Positions 37,764-51,340 of a stretch of 55,314 nucleotides of DNA are shown here, one piece after another (position 1 is the stretch's first letter; the number at the start of each line of letters is the position of its first letter). The DNA is from Catajapyx aquilonaris (lineage: Eukaryota). The notes below the pieces were generated by a model, which worked only from the letters and a program-made list of their open reading frames with translations, was not told where the DNA came from and made no database searches. The stretch spans positions 1 to 55,314 of the forward strand of contig JYFJ02002530.1 in NCBI GenBank assembly GCA_000934665.2, given 5' to 3'. The position numbers were made by a program, and so were the translations under genes.

Positions 37764-38669
37764 TTGCTTCTTCTATCTCAAACCTAGAGGGATGGTGCCG
37801 CCATTTCTAGAAACTTCCAGGACTTAAGGAAGGAGGAATTTCTTATAATGCCCCTGGTTCACTTCCACTTGTCTTCTATCAAGCCAGCATATTTTTTCAG
37901 CTTCAAAGTGAATGTGTATACCTAACTCCAGCTGGGCTCTACGAATATTCATTCCACTTTGCAATTCATAGTGAGGCTAAACATGTAAGAAAGTGCAAAA
38001 GAAAAAAAATAAATCTTGCAAGAACTCGAAATTGCGAGTACTTTTCGCTATAAGGTGATGTGGGAGAATGATGAAAGTGGCACACTTACTTTTAAAGTGT
38101 TGTCCATACATAAAAAAAATGAAATAACTAATATTTCAATGTAAAAAATTTTACACCAAATTTATTTATTGCCATCTAATGATGGCTATTGTTCCACCCA
38201 TGACAATTCACACAAAATACTCATATACCAAGTGATATTTGGTGCTGCAATGTTTTATTATTCTCAATGATTACTCTCTAATGCGCAAATCTGCTTAAAT
38301 ATTAGACTGTACAGTTTGCGCTTCGAGCTTGCATAATGTACTACATTGCTGCAGGCGGCATGCTCCAACTGATGGAAACTAATGGGAGCTGCGTATATAG
38401 TTTGTGTGATACTACTTGACACATTGTTACAGGCTACGTAAGCTTAAGTACAGGCTGTTACTGTAATAAAAACTTGTACAAGTAGTATCAAGTCACGTTA
38501 TGTTTTTGGGCCACCTGACCAAAGGTAGCCTACGTAGTTCCCCTACAGTACAGCACTATTATGTTTCCATTGTGCACCCTCGATCCTAACAATTCAATTA
38601 TAATTATATTGTAAGCAGAGTTGTTGAATGAATAAACTTTCATCCTCAGCAATATATGCACTGTAGCCT

Positions 38670-38880
38670 TTTTATAACAATATCATAGGTATTGTGTTCA
38701 CCTCTTTTGTTATCATACCTACCCTGATTTTTTCTCTCTTCCTTCCCCCACTGAGATATCCTGATTCAGCATCCTTGCCAAACCAACCTTTCGTGCCAAC
38801 TAACACTTGCAATTTATTCTTCCTCCCCTCTGTAGAAAGGGTGGTCCTACTGGGACAGACAATATTAGACCCTCGGACTC
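38670..38880 (-). pseudogene. cGLR-like fragment
   Basis: VLVGTKGWFGKDAESGYLSGGRKREKIRVGMIT, compare the GG-region of the 6.9, 11.7 and 51.2 kb copies. Confidence 0.45.
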
Positions 38881-39171
38881 AGATGAACCTACCTGGCTAA
38901 CATCGAATTTTGTGAGAGAAAATTGGTGCCTTCCCCCCAGGCTTTTTGTCTGAGTGTGTAAAACTCTGTCAGGAGCACTCGAATGCCTACAAGGGGAAGG
39001 CCCTTATTTTATAGGCTCGGTTTTCGTGTGCGGGTTCAACTTGTGAATTTTGGAGAGATAACGCAATTATTAACCCCTGGAGAGTTCACAACTTTGTGCT
39101 CGGTGCATATATGGAGCAGGAAGTGAGTAGATGTATACATTTTTTTAAATGTTGGCCTTTGTATGAACCCT

Positions 39172-39650
39172 ATACAGGTATACAAGGTATACAAGGTATA
39201 CAAGGTATACAGGTATAAGGTAGTATAGGTATAGGTATAGATATATAAGGTAGTATAGGTATAGGTATAGGTATATAAGGTAGTATTGCTATAGGTATAT
39301 AAGGTAGTATTGCTATAGGTATATAAGGTAGTATAGGTATAGGTATATAAGGTAGTATAGGTATAGGTATAGGTATACTATAAGGTAGTATTGCTATAGG
39401 TATATAAGGTAGTATAGGTATAGGTATAGGTATACATATAAGGTAGTATTGCTATAGGTATATAAGGAAGTATAGATATAGGTATATAAGGTAATATAGG
39501 AATAGGTATATAAGGTAGTATAGGTATAGGTATATAAGGTAGTATAGGTATAGATATAGGTAGGCTATATAAGGTAGTATAGGTATAGGTAGGCTATATA
39601 AGGTAGTATAGGTATAGGTAGGCTATATAAGGTAGTATGGGTAGTATACA
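39172..39650 (+). repeat. Compound GGTATA/TAAGGTAGTATA minisatellite
   Basis: Degenerate tandem units, C-poor. Confidence 0.95.
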
Positions 39651-39756
39651 TATAAGTATTATAAATTACACATAATTCTGGCCAACTCCTGGGAATGTAA
39701 ATTAAATTTATCAAACAAAATGTGCATTGTTTTTTTATTGTACTGCCCTATTTTTT

Positions 39757-39956
39757 TTACAAATTACCTAATACTGTACATGGATATATGGAATATTGTC
39801 CCAATTGTCGCAAATTGTCGCGAAATCCCTGACAAAAATTGTACAGTGTGTACCATCCCCATTTAATTCCCTCAACCAAAACAACGCGATTGGAGTTATC
39901 CAGCGCATAAAACCAAACAGCCAATTCCAAAAACCAGAATCCCATTTCGTCACCAC
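39757..39956 (-). pseudogene. cGLR-like remnant (C-terminus)
   Basis: KWDSGFWN / LAVWFYAL..EGIKWGW..YN, compare KDQSFWNKSLREVF..QSIPYYW..NN. Confidence 0.55.
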
Positions 39957-40911
39957 ATCACCTGAGCCATCAAGACTTTCCCATCAAAAGCACCAAAGCC
40001 GATGGACGGGTTAAAATGCCATTCAAATTTTTTTGTGTGTCCTTCACCTCCGTCTCAGTGACTAGGGACACATCTTTTTTTCTAGAGCCTGGTTTTTATG
40101 ACGTCGCAACCTTGTGACCCGCCCTGCCAAATCTGTTTAGGTAACGGCCCAAAAGACTGGTAAAAAGCAGGGCACTGTTCCTCATAAAGAAGCTCGTAAA
40201 AGTTTCAATAAAGACTTCTTTTTTTTGAGGCGGTTGGCTTTTTGGGAATTGAAAGAAGGTTTGCCAAAAGGTGTGTGTGACTCTCTATGTGTAATTATCG
40301 GAGACAAACACGGTTGCCAACTTTGAAATTAGTTTCGGTGCTGATTTACATCGAAAGGAGTCTAGGATCCAATAGGGAGTAATTTGTCATTCGTACTATA
40401 CTCCAGGTGAGCTAAGTACGATTTAGACACATAGAAAGTGTCTGCAAGTGTGTAATAACATTCAATATTAAATAATACGCAATGCCAAATTATTAATTAC
40501 AAGCTTGTATACAAACAAAAATGCGATCATAGGCAGGTCATCTGCTCACTGATTTGTGGAGTTCATTCATTACTATCATAATCAACCTAAATGGGCCAAT
40601 TTATTAGCACGGGCATATAGTCATGTTACGCCGATCAGTGTGCTCTACTTTCAATTTCGCCCCAGTCCTCATTAATATTATTCGGGGTCATGCACATGTA
40701 GTGGTTTGGACTCCCAATAACTATATCCATGTGATTATTAATCCTCAACTATGTGACAGGGTAACACCGACCACGGGTTCGATTAATTAAAACGTTACTC
40801 GTCTGAAAATCCCCGTCATTTGGGCTCCCCCCAAAAAAATTTGTGACCCATTGCCGAAAAATGGGCTTTTCTTGTCGCCTTATTACCGGGTCCGGACATC
40901 ACAGGTTTGAT

Positions 40912-41106
40912 CTATGGTAGAGGCGGAATGAGAGGATAAAAAGGAGAGGACATCGCTTTTCTCTCCGCCCTTTTGCGGTTCAGAAGATGCTGCAGTTTAC
41001 TACAAACTTCACCACAAGATGTCATCAGATTCCTGCAAATTATGGTCTGTAGGTAAGAAACAGTATGAGTGATTCCAAGTGACGGATGAACCATGTTTCG
41101 CATCAT
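40912..41106 (-). pseudogene. cGLR-like fragment
   Basis: MRNMVHPSL..SYLQTII, compare LKEKTHPNIASYYIKTVF. Confidence 0.45.
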
Positions 41107-41137
41107 TACAGAGGATATGAACCGACAATGTCATTTA

Positions 41138-41240
41138 CATCAATCAGTCATGTCAGGTGGATGAAGTTCGCATCTGGCCGTTAGGTGGCTGCACCCAAGC
41201 CATCTAACGGCCACATCTCACCAGAAATGACTGATTGATG
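41138..41240. repeat. Imperfect ~100-nt foldback
   Basis: Outer arms CATCAATCAGTCAT/ATGACTGATTGATG; inner arms TGGCCGTTAGGTGGCT/AGCCATCTAACGGCCA. Confidence 0.8.
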
Positions 41241-42095
41241 CACGGTAGCACGAGGTGCTAAGTACCGCATGCATTACATATACCCCGAAGCAAGGCAAGC
41301 TTATTTTTTACCACCCTGTATATAGGTTAATGGCTGTAGTGCCCTGAATGGTGCAGCAAAACAAGGCCATTAAAATATTTTTACTGCAGATTATGCCTCC
41401 AAAAAATGTTCTCACACGAAGCCCAAGTTGGTCCCAGGGCGAGGGATTCCCATCACAGCTGTTTTGCATAACAGATGAAGAAAAATTAATCGAATTTTGT
41501 TTGGACGCCTCCTATGGGACACGTCAAGAAACATCACTAGAGGGTTGTTGCCATGTCCCCAACCTCACCCTTTCCACCCTCTAAATATTTCAGGTTGGAC
41601 CCTTCCCTCTCTAAGGGTTGGCAGGGCTGGCAAACTAAGGACTTAACTCTCTCTTTGCTTACGCCGTCGGCATAATAAGGGCCCGTTCCGACTCGCGTTC
41701 CGTTGGGAGAAATTTTTTTCCTTCTTTTTACCTATTTTTTTGTGCCATCTTATGCTATATGAAGAAGGATGGTGGGAAGGCCCAGGATGGCAGCTGACAT
41801 CATTTTGGTGCCATCCGAAATCATTTTCCGCCTGTTGGCATGGATGCTGGAGAATCTAGGTGAAATCCAGGGGGCCTAGGTACGTATCTGTCATTGCCAG
41901 GTGTCAATTACGATTGCTGTAATCTACTGTAATACCACACGTCAGTTTCTAGTCGTTGGCAAATTGCCTTTGAAAACCGACCCTCTCAGGTTAATTTGTG
42001 TGTCCAATTTCTGAAAGGAATTTTTTGAGTTCCTGTATCTTCAGATGGGGCGGGCTTTACATATGCGTGGCATCTTCCTGCAGCTTCCGAAGCCA

Positions 42096-42284
42096 TTATC
42101 TGTGCCATTGATTTCCAATGGCAGATGGGGCATATCTTGCGCCCATTTGCCGCCACGTCTTAAGGAAGGAAGGAGCAAGGAAAAGAAATCCTGCGGGGAA
42201 GCTCCCGAAGGAAGTATAAACCCAAACGGCTCCCAAGAAGTGCTTGCGTGATAAGGGACTAGAAGTCGAGGTAAACGACGGCAC
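42096..42284 (-). pseudogene. cGLR-like fragment (N-terminal)
   Basis: FGSFPAGFLFLAP, compare GGSFYDGLKVGKP. Confidence 0.4.
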
Positions 42285-42492
42285 TACCTCCGGCCATGAT
42301 TAGGATGGGCAGTACGGCACCTGAACTTTTATGCGTAATGGAGCTAGTGCACACGGGACGCCACGGATCTGATGATATTGCGATTATACTGCACATCAAA
42401 TCCAGTAGATGGTAAAGTTAATTTTAGTCAACGTTGGTTGCCTGCGGCCGCCATGTTTAGGGATAGTATGGTAGGCCTAACATGTAAAATGG

Positions 42493-42992
42493 CCTAAAAG
42501 CAGGGTAAAATCATAGTGACGGGCTCAAAGTCGACTTCTTAAGATACACCGAAGTTATTTGTAACCATTGGTGTTAATAATATTACTAAAGACATGCTCC
42601 ATCACGTCGCAACTGGACCCCGCAGTATTTAACGGCCAAAAATACCGTTGGAATTGTCTAAAATCAGGGTAAAGCCATTGGACGGACTTAAAGTCGACTT
42701 CTTAAGATACACCGAAGTTATTTGTAACCAATGGTGTTAATAATATTACTAAAGACATGTCCCATCACGTTGCAACTGGACCCCTCCGTATTTAACCGCC
42801 AAAAAAACCGTTGGAATGGTCTAAAATCATAGTAAAGCCATCGGACGGACTTAAAGTCGACTTCTTAAGATACACCGAAGCTATTAGTAACCATTAGTAT
42901 CAATAATATTACTAAAGACGTATCCCACGCATAAAAATCACGTCGCAACTGCCCTCCCGCCGTATTTAACCGTCAAAAAAAAACCGTTGGAA
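42493..42992 (+). repeat. 163-bp tandem repeat, ~3 copies
   Basis: AAAGTCGACTTCTTAAGATACACCGAAG recurs at 42527, 42690 and 42853. Confidence 0.92.
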
Positions 42993-43709
42993 CCGTGCAT
43001 GTCCCAACTCGGCTGGCACATCCCACAGACTTTTTGGCTTAGCGCAGAACAGCAGAGGCATGTTTCATATAATGGGTGAGCAGCAGCGGGCGGTAAACAG
43101 CAGCCATTGGGAAACCCGGGAGTTGATGCGGGTGCGGTTAGGCGATAAGGCACAGGGGCCAGCGCCTGCTAATGCGGCATATTTTTAAAGCAAGGTGTCG
43201 AGCTCAGCGCCCGCGACATTTACATGCAGGGTCCCGCACAGGATACGACTCTCGTTACACAAGCACCNCCCCCCCCACCTCTCTGTGTGTATATTGGGAG
43301 TATGCCCCGTCGTGAGTCTGCACGCGTGCTTGCGTGCTCATATGTTACTGCTGTCCCGTATCAGTCTGGTTTTGGGATGGGATGCCATACACACCCTGGG
43401 GGATGCCACTTATGAGTGTGTCAAAGGGAGGGGGACTCGTTTGGAGTTGGGGGGACTGGAATGCGACATTTTTGTTGTGGACAATTTGCTCAGGAAAATC
43501 TGGTGGTGGTTAGGTTCGTTTGGTGAGGAAATGATGTGGGAAATCATGGTCTGTCGAAGTTGCAGAAATTATAGTTTGTTCTTTGGTCAAAGGCAAATTG
43601 TACAAACATACCCTCGTACTGTTAATGAATAATACATACAACGCACATACTGTGGATGCACGTAGACTTAACTTTGCTATCTACCACGATGTAATCTCAA
43701 AGCAATATG

Positions 43710-43925
43710 TCAGTGACGACGTTCATAAAACAAATGCAAACAGGTGCTACTTCGAGTGTAATTGAATGAGTTTACACGCCTACAAAAAAAATCCTGTAAT
43801 GCATCGCGTATGACCCGAAGGAAAAACACTCTGGAAATGTCCCTTTCAATATTATGAATACGCTCCTTCTGACAGGCAAATGGACCGAACAATTTACACG
43901 AATCAACGAAGCACGAATCTAACAT
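43710..43925 (-). pseudogene. cGLR-like fragment (C-terminal)
   Basis: ISRVFFLRVIRDALQDFF, compare LREVFMTTLREYNEFI. Confidence 0.35.
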
Positions 43926-46900
43926 TAACTATACAAAAACAGAACTTGGGAAAATCCCACACTGTCGAACTTGGCTAGTTATTCAGACGTTAATCAAAAC
44001 ATTTTCTAGATATAGCCTGCAGCATTACCGTACATTTATGATAATCAGATTTGTCACTGTATTTAAATTAATGCAATTAATTTTCATTAGATGCTTCTAA
44101 AAATCCAAAAATAGCACCTGTCCACTAGTGTCCACCAGTACGTAAGCCAACCGGTCGTTTCACAACCCAGTAATTTCGCTTTCACACAACGATGCATGGG
44201 ACCATGCACTATCTTAAAACAGAACGTGCGCGAATCCAAATTGCGTCCTGGTCGGATCCAACACGTTCGTGCATGCCTGCGCATATTTGGTCGTTTTTTC
44301 CCGCAGATTTCTCTGTTGTCAGAAGTTGGGTGCACATGTGGAATAGTAATAGTAAAAAAAAAGGGTGCTAGAGCTATCTAGCACGGACCGCGAGGATGAG
44401 GTTAGTAGAGCGTTAGTGACGTATGGCACGTGTGATATGTGAGGTATCCCCCCCACCCCTTATGTCCCCTCGGGATTTTGCCAGGCTCTGCTGTGTACAT
44501 TTCACTGCAAATGTACCCACCGACGCTAATAACGTTGGCCTTCCTTCCTCATTTCAAACTATCAATGATGTATTTGTTATTCCACAAGAGCGCTGCTGCA
44601 CTAGAATTCCCAATTCTCTCTTTGCACTTTGTGTTTGCCAGATTTGGGTTCGGTTGGTTGCTAATGATTTTTTTTTTTAGCTTCGTTCGGAAAACGCGGA
44701 TAGCATTATTTTGCGACAATTCAATTCTACGCCATTATTGGCAGGACAGTTTAAGCGCAAGTAAATTGGATCAATGGTGTAATTTGGTCCATGCTTTTTC
44801 CATAAAACGCTACTGTAATGGCGCCGACCTTTTTTTTGTTATTGTCGGGTAAAAATTTGTGAACCCTTTATTGTCAGAGGATTTCTCAATCTATTGTTAT
44901 TTCATTGAAAATGTAACTTTTTTTCAGCAAGACTGTTTGCTTGCATATTGCATATGCATACACACACTACATTCCAATAGAAAACCCAACCACAAACTAT
45001 CCATCAGATGTCTTCTATTTCAACATTACTGTGACATCCAATGCCCAAGCGGAAAATATATTTTCATCAGGGCAAATACAACAATAAACCACACAAAGGA
45101 GACAAACTAGACGTCCCATCCAGTTGGCCTCTCGCGCTATTGGATGACTCCACTTACAGTCTTCTACAGCTATCTGGTTAGCTGACAACGAAAAATGTAG
45201 TCCAGGCCAGAAACAATGAACAAAACAGCCCGGCTTTAAATTTCCATCCCTACTACTCGGAAGTGAAGTGCCCATACATTTCCCTCTCTACAATATGTTT
45301 TCATTTCGCTACCCCCTGCCTTTGCATCCTCCAAACTTTGCCACTGAAGCAGAAGAACAAAAGAAGTGAGCATCCAGAGGGCTCTTACCAAGGCGAGAGG
45401 GATATTTTTTGTTGTTGAGAGAACAGCTATCGACTGGAAAAGGTGTTTCTCTCTTTATTTGAAATAATCACCACTAACGGACCTATACAGTGCGGTTGTA
45501 ATTGTTATGGGACATCATTGTTATGCGCTCGTTATGTGATTTTCATTACAAGGTACATGGGATGCTGTGTAGGTGTGAACACTTTATAGTTTTGTTCCAG
45601 GGAATTGGCACATTAGTGCCAATTAGATCTGTTATTCTGACATAACTATGCCGGAGAGAATTCTAATTGCAGTGCTATTTAGAGAAACAAATTATTGCTT
45701 GGCGGACATGGCTAGTGAAATTGGACCTGTCTATTTCCACCTTCAGATTTATTTGCACTTTCACCTATGTACAGTGCTGGACATTAATTCCGTCATACTG
45801 CTAGCGACATTTTTAGATGCGGCTGACGTGCAACGAGCCGTGCGAGTAAGAAATGGTAGCCCTTGGGTGACGTAACTGGCTGGGGAGAAGCCGTTTCTCC
45901 ATTGCCCCCACAGCCGGTGACGTCACTCAATGCCTACCTCTTCTTACTCGCACGGCTCACACACTCTATCACATCGATTTGCACTTCTGCCGCATCAGAA
46001 AATGTCGTAAGGGAAAATTAATGTCGAAAAATGTGGAAATATGAGCATATTGATGGTAAACAATGTGGTGAGACTTCAGTATCACAGTACTTGTGACTAT
46101 TCCATACTTCCACCTTCACACCCCCGACAGTTATTTATCCACTCGCTTTGTGAGTCCCTTTACAAATGGTTTTCATTAAATCCATCCCCCGCTTCGTATG
46201 AAAATAAATCCTTCCGATCTCCTCCGGTGCTCGTGTCAAATCCTTCATATAATACAGGATGTCTGCTACAAAAAAAAGAAGGTCGCTTGACCTACTCCGA
46301 CTGACTTATAGCAGTCATGAATACCGTCTAGATGACAATTTTCGCTGCAAGAATTTCTCGAGGGGTCTTTTCCGTTCTTCAATATCCGGGGGGGTGAATG
46401 TTGCAACGTACCCATTCGTATTCGAGGCCTGAACATGAGAAAATGAATGGGCCGCTTCCTTCTTTTGGCTTCCGATCTGTTTTTTTTTTTCTTCTTCAAT
46501 ATTGAGGAAACAAATGAGATGGCACCAGGCCATGGTTCTTACGAGTTCGCCTTAGGTTTTTGTCCGATTTCATTATTCCGGGAGCTGATCCGGCTTATTA
46601 TATTTCTGAGGGGGCTTGTTTCAATTAAAGTGTAAGTGTGGCAGCTGCAGCTTTAATTGCGATATTAAATTCGAGCCAAGCCAGGTGGTGCCCCCACGTT
46701 TTTTTTTCCATCCCAAATTTTCACCTGAGTCCAATATTGGAGTTGGCCAAAAAAGGAACCCGGAGAGGCGAGAAGCGAAAAATATTCTTTATAGTATCAT
46801 AAGTTGCCAAACTCCCCTGGAAAGGAAATCTCTTTTTATTTGCGTTGTCGTATATAACCTATATTTCGGTGGAAGGCGAGATAACAAAAGAGCTCCCAGA

Positions 46901-47754
46901 TGTGCCATGTGCATTCGCAGATGCAAAATTTGTTTTAGCGAACTCCAGATTTTTCGTATGTTTTGAGCTGATCTTATACATATGATATTTCACAACTTAA
47001 TGTCCCGTTGTTCTCGATGCAAATCAATACGGAGGCCTCTACGTATGCCCCAGTGTGATCATTAGGGGTAGTTTTTAACGGGGAAGGTTTTTAGCACATT
47101 GGACTTTACCTCCGAGGTCATCCTTGACCGCAAATGAAAGGGCAGCAAAGCAGGTACCCCGGATGTAGCATCGATTCATTCAAAGTATTTCATAACCCGA
47201 GCAACGCTAGTCAGTAATATTTTAATATTCAGTAAATTGGCAACATTCAGCGCATGCTCCATAAAGAGTAATAAACATTTTATACCACCCTAAGATTAAA
47301 CCTTTTAATATGTCCAAAGTCTATAAAAGTTTAAGCAAGGAGGGGGGATCTCTTTAATTAAAGTTTCAAAGAAACTAGTTGAATTGTAACCCTTCCTTTC
47401 AACTGGAAAATCAAGGGCTTGGAATCTGCTTCCATACCTTTGCCCCGAATCAGGTATAATCGGATTATAGCGTAACGTGAGGGATTATTGCGAGGAACAT
47501 TGCAGTAATGTCTCTAGCCGCAACAATCGGGTGGTCAATTTTGAGAGAACCTGCCTGGAACATGTTAATTGACGGTTCTAAATAGTTCACAGTGAATAAA
47601 ATTATTATACTTCATGTATTCTGATATTTTCTTCCCTATTACACAGAACTAACCAATTTCGATACTATCACCAAAATCCCAAATGTAATCCCCTTTTGGC
47701 TAACCCCAAAATCCCAGTCTCTGAATATATTTTTGGTTCTATACTATACCCACG

Positions 47755-47952
47755 TTAGCAAAGTCCCTTGAAATTCTCCTGGAAAGCAATAGTAGTTGAG
47801 ACCCAGACACTTCCGTGTAATCTGAGCTTCTCAGAGTTCCCAAGGGCACCATGGCAGAGGTCACTGCTCCCGGCTGTGAAAGTGGCAAAAAAATGACATT
47901 TCTTCACCAATAAAACACAGCATTTCCATACAAAATGCCTTTTGTTTTCCAT
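47755..47952 (-). pseudogene. cGLR-like fragment (N-terminal)
   Basis: LVKKCHFFATF..GNSEKLRL, compare MK..DPLF..GS..EGLKV. Confidence 0.35.
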
Positions 47953-48589
47953 TTCAAACGCGACACTGACATGCTAGCAAATCACCGATATTTTTTCATA
48001 TATCGATTTTGGAATTCAGGTCACAAGGACAAATTATTTGGCATCGGGCCCTCCGATGTATGGTGTAGTATTTTAATTACGGAGCTCCCTTTGTGTCATG
48101 GCCAGTTTTTTTTTTAAAGTTGACCCCGTAATTTGTAATAAAGGTCCCAACCTCATGAAGCTACAAGACCTAGTCCCGTAAATCACTTGGGCCACCGATA
48201 AATTCAATCTAGTACATCATTTTTTTGTTTTATGGCATATGCTAATCATTTCTGGCATAAAAACTAGGTACAAAAGTAAAATTAGCCAGACTAATTTGGT
48301 TTCCCAAAAAATGTCGATTGCTTGCATTAGTCTATTAAGGGTGATTTTTATTGCGAACCGTAACTGAGCTCAAAATGATTAGTCATAGTTATGGTGGACG
48401 TAATTAAATCAGGATGTGAACTAGGCTATAGGAAAACGATAGTGATTGTTTTATCGAATTTTTAAAGAATAATTTAAGCTGATGGACCAGGGGTAAATTG
48501 CACAAAAATGAAGTTATGTTGCTGAAATTAATTTAATTTTTTCCATTTACAAAATACTGTAAATCTAGCTACCAGTAAATCGACTACCA

Positions 48590-48740
48590 TTTGTTACCAG
48601 ACAGATTGCTATCGTCAGCAAACTGTATTATTACAGAAGGAATTGTGCCAAATTCAAATCCGAGCTTCTTGTAGGAATTGGCCCAAGAAAACGGATGAGC
48701 TGTCAGAGGTCGCACTATTGACTTGCCTTCCTACCTCTGT
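48590..48740 (-). pseudogene. cGLR-like fragment
   Basis: SVSWANSYKKL, compare ETWRLSFSHI; open ~45 codons. Confidence 0.3.
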
Positions 48741-49482
48741 TGTGTTCACATTGTCTCCAACCCGAGATCGTTACCTCCCTTCGGCACATAACTCATCTGG
48801 TACCGAATCTCGCTAACTGCTCCCTAGAAAGGAAGTGTTGTCTTTGCCCTGCTGCTCTTTCCCACTGTTTTAATCTTCCTTGGAATGGCCTCACTATTCT
48901 GTAGGGGTTGTTATCTTAATTGCATTCCAAAGGAGTGGCTGCTTTCTCTTTTCATCGACAAAAAACGAGAAAAAGAAGTCGAAATGTTACCCATTCTAAG
49001 AGACTGATTGTGAAAGAGCAGCTCCTCATAAATAACGCTTAAGATCGTCGTTAATATCATAGCATTTTGCCGAATATTTTGGGGAGACACTGAAAGTTAT
49101 AGAATTTTCCCAACACTATTCAATCGTGACACGAATAATTTCCTGATCTAATATCGCTATCGTGAGAAACAAATGCATATCGACTGAAAATCTGGCTCTA
49201 TGAATGAAACATGAGGTCCTATTAGAATTTTTATATAAATTCCCTAGCTCCAGTAGCTTCCCGCCAAATCACTTAATATTCAATCTGCCCGCGGTGTTTA
49301 GGAACCGCTTCCCCCATCATGCCAGCATTATTAGTCGTAACTCCATTTCCAATAGGTTTATTGCTGAAAGCTTGCATTCATTTGCAGCCTACACCCTGAC
49401 TCAAAATGAATCGAATTTCACTCTATTAAAGTTGATGTGTCTAGTAGTAAATTTTAAAAAAATCAGGATTTTCATTTACTAA

Positions 49483-50053
49483 GGGAAGGTCACGGGGTGA
49501 TAATGACTGATCTTGATTAAATTTAACATGCTAATACAGGACAATATATGATACCCAAAAATGAAATATTTCGTGCGGAGGCCCATATTTGCAAAAGTTA
49601 TGACGTCTTAAAGTTCCAAAAATAATACATTTTCATTCATAATGGGATTACATTACCGACCACATATAATGACATTGAAGTGTGTAATCAGTTTCTACAT
49701 TTTTTCTCATCGGAAAAAAGTCCTACAGAACGGCTCTGTCCGTCCGTCCGTCTGTGGACAGGTATCAAGGCTTAAACCGTAAGAGATACAGGGCCGTTAT
49801 GTAGGACTTTTTTCCGATGAGACAAAATGTAGAAACTGAGCACACACTTCAATGTGGTCTTATATGTGGTCGCTAATGTAATCCCATTATGATCTCAATG
49901 AAAATGTTTTTTTTCTCTGGAACTTTAAGACGTCATAACTTTTGCAAATATGGGTCTCCGCATGAAATATTTCATTTTTGGGTATCATATATTGTCCTGC
50001 ATTAACATGTTAAATTTCATCAAGATCCGTCATTATCACACTGTGACCTTCCC
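49483..50053. mobile_element. Long palindrome of a DINE-1/Helentron-like element
   Basis: ~255-bp inverted arms (49483-49739 / 49788-50053) around a (TCCG)n-containing loop; AAATTTCATCAAGATCCG motif. Confidence 0.75.
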
Positions 50054-50384
50054 GTGTAAGTTTTTTTTTTTTTGTCGAATTGCACTTGTGTTTGGACAGT
50101 ACTGTACAGTACGTCATAATATCACCAGGGAATTCCTTTTTCAGGAAATCACGTCAAAAATTTTACCCATGTTAACTAGGTGATACAAAATTCAACACAC
50201 CTTTCAAAAATGCATTTTTTTGTTACGTGGTATAATCGCGTCCTGTAATATTCAAGCCTTCAACCTTATTAAAGACAAATATGGTGACAAATTACACATG
50301 CAAACACCGCCTCTAGCGGTTAATTAATTATCATACCACACATATTGACACACATGATTTCAGATTAGGCACGTGTGTTTGCAA

Positions 50385-51340
50385 TTATATTAGTATGCCA
50401 CACCGCTCCATTTTTTTCCCCCATCCACAAAACGCATTCCAACAAACCCGAACACTGATGACCATTTGTGGCACATTTTTTTGTGTCCCTCCTGACGCGT
50501 TGGTCCCCATCCGAACGAACCACATGTAAAGATTGGTTCTACTCCCAATGGGACAAGGTGGGACAAGACCAATCACATCCTGGCTGGACACTTTGGAGGA
50601 AGAAAAAAAGAGAAGAAGACCCGAGAGAAAATGGAGCAGCTTCACGTGTTACTGTCTGGCCTTGCCTTCCGATGCCCTGCTAATTGGCTATCGATCCCAC
50701 AAGGCTGCACACCCTGCAAGGGCATTACGCCAAAGTCTTGTCAGCAAAGAGGAGTATAAAAGGACAGTTCCGGTTCGGATATTGCATTGTACACATTGTC
50801 CAGAGGCGGTAGAACAACTATCATATTAAAATCCATTGTTAGTTCCTCTTCCCATCCACCCGAGGCGCTGCCTTCCCACATTGCGCAGGCGGTTCTACGC
50901 CTGCGCAATGTGGGAAGGCAGCGCCTCGGGTGGATGGAAAGCGGAACTAACGACGTACAGTGCTCTTTTTGAAGATATCCAGAGGTAATGACCCCTTTGG
51001 GTACCTCCATTGGTATCCAATCTCCAGGAGAGTTAGGGGTGTGGACGACCACATCCCGGAAGCCAGAGATCGGAGGGTACAGGAATATAGGAACTTGAAA
51101 AGTTAGCCGGATACCTCTCTCCGTCGCCATTAGCACTGAAGCCTTTGAGCCTTTGATCTGGCCACCGCCGACATTCCCCAGCCCAGCTTCCCTATGCCCT
51201 CTTAAACAGGGGACCCCCAAGTTTACCTCCGGAATATGACACACCATAAAGACAGACTCAAAGCATGGAAAGACACATATGCCTACTGTCATAAATTGCA
51301 GACAGTTAGAATGTTCTCGAGCTTGTCCCCAAGCGTTCTA
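50385..51340 (-). pseudogene. cGLR-like remnant(s), includes the 183-codon open segment 50741-51292
   Basis: FMTVGI..FESVFMVCH..LGNVGGG..GSKASVLMATERGIRL..DVVVHTP..GDW; downstream VKLLHFL..KVSS may belong to a second copy. Confidence 0.6.
50852..50937. repeat. Perfect 40-bp-arm palindrome
   Basis: 50852-50891 is the exact reverse complement of 50898-50937; 6-nt loop GTTCTA. Confidence 0.97.
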
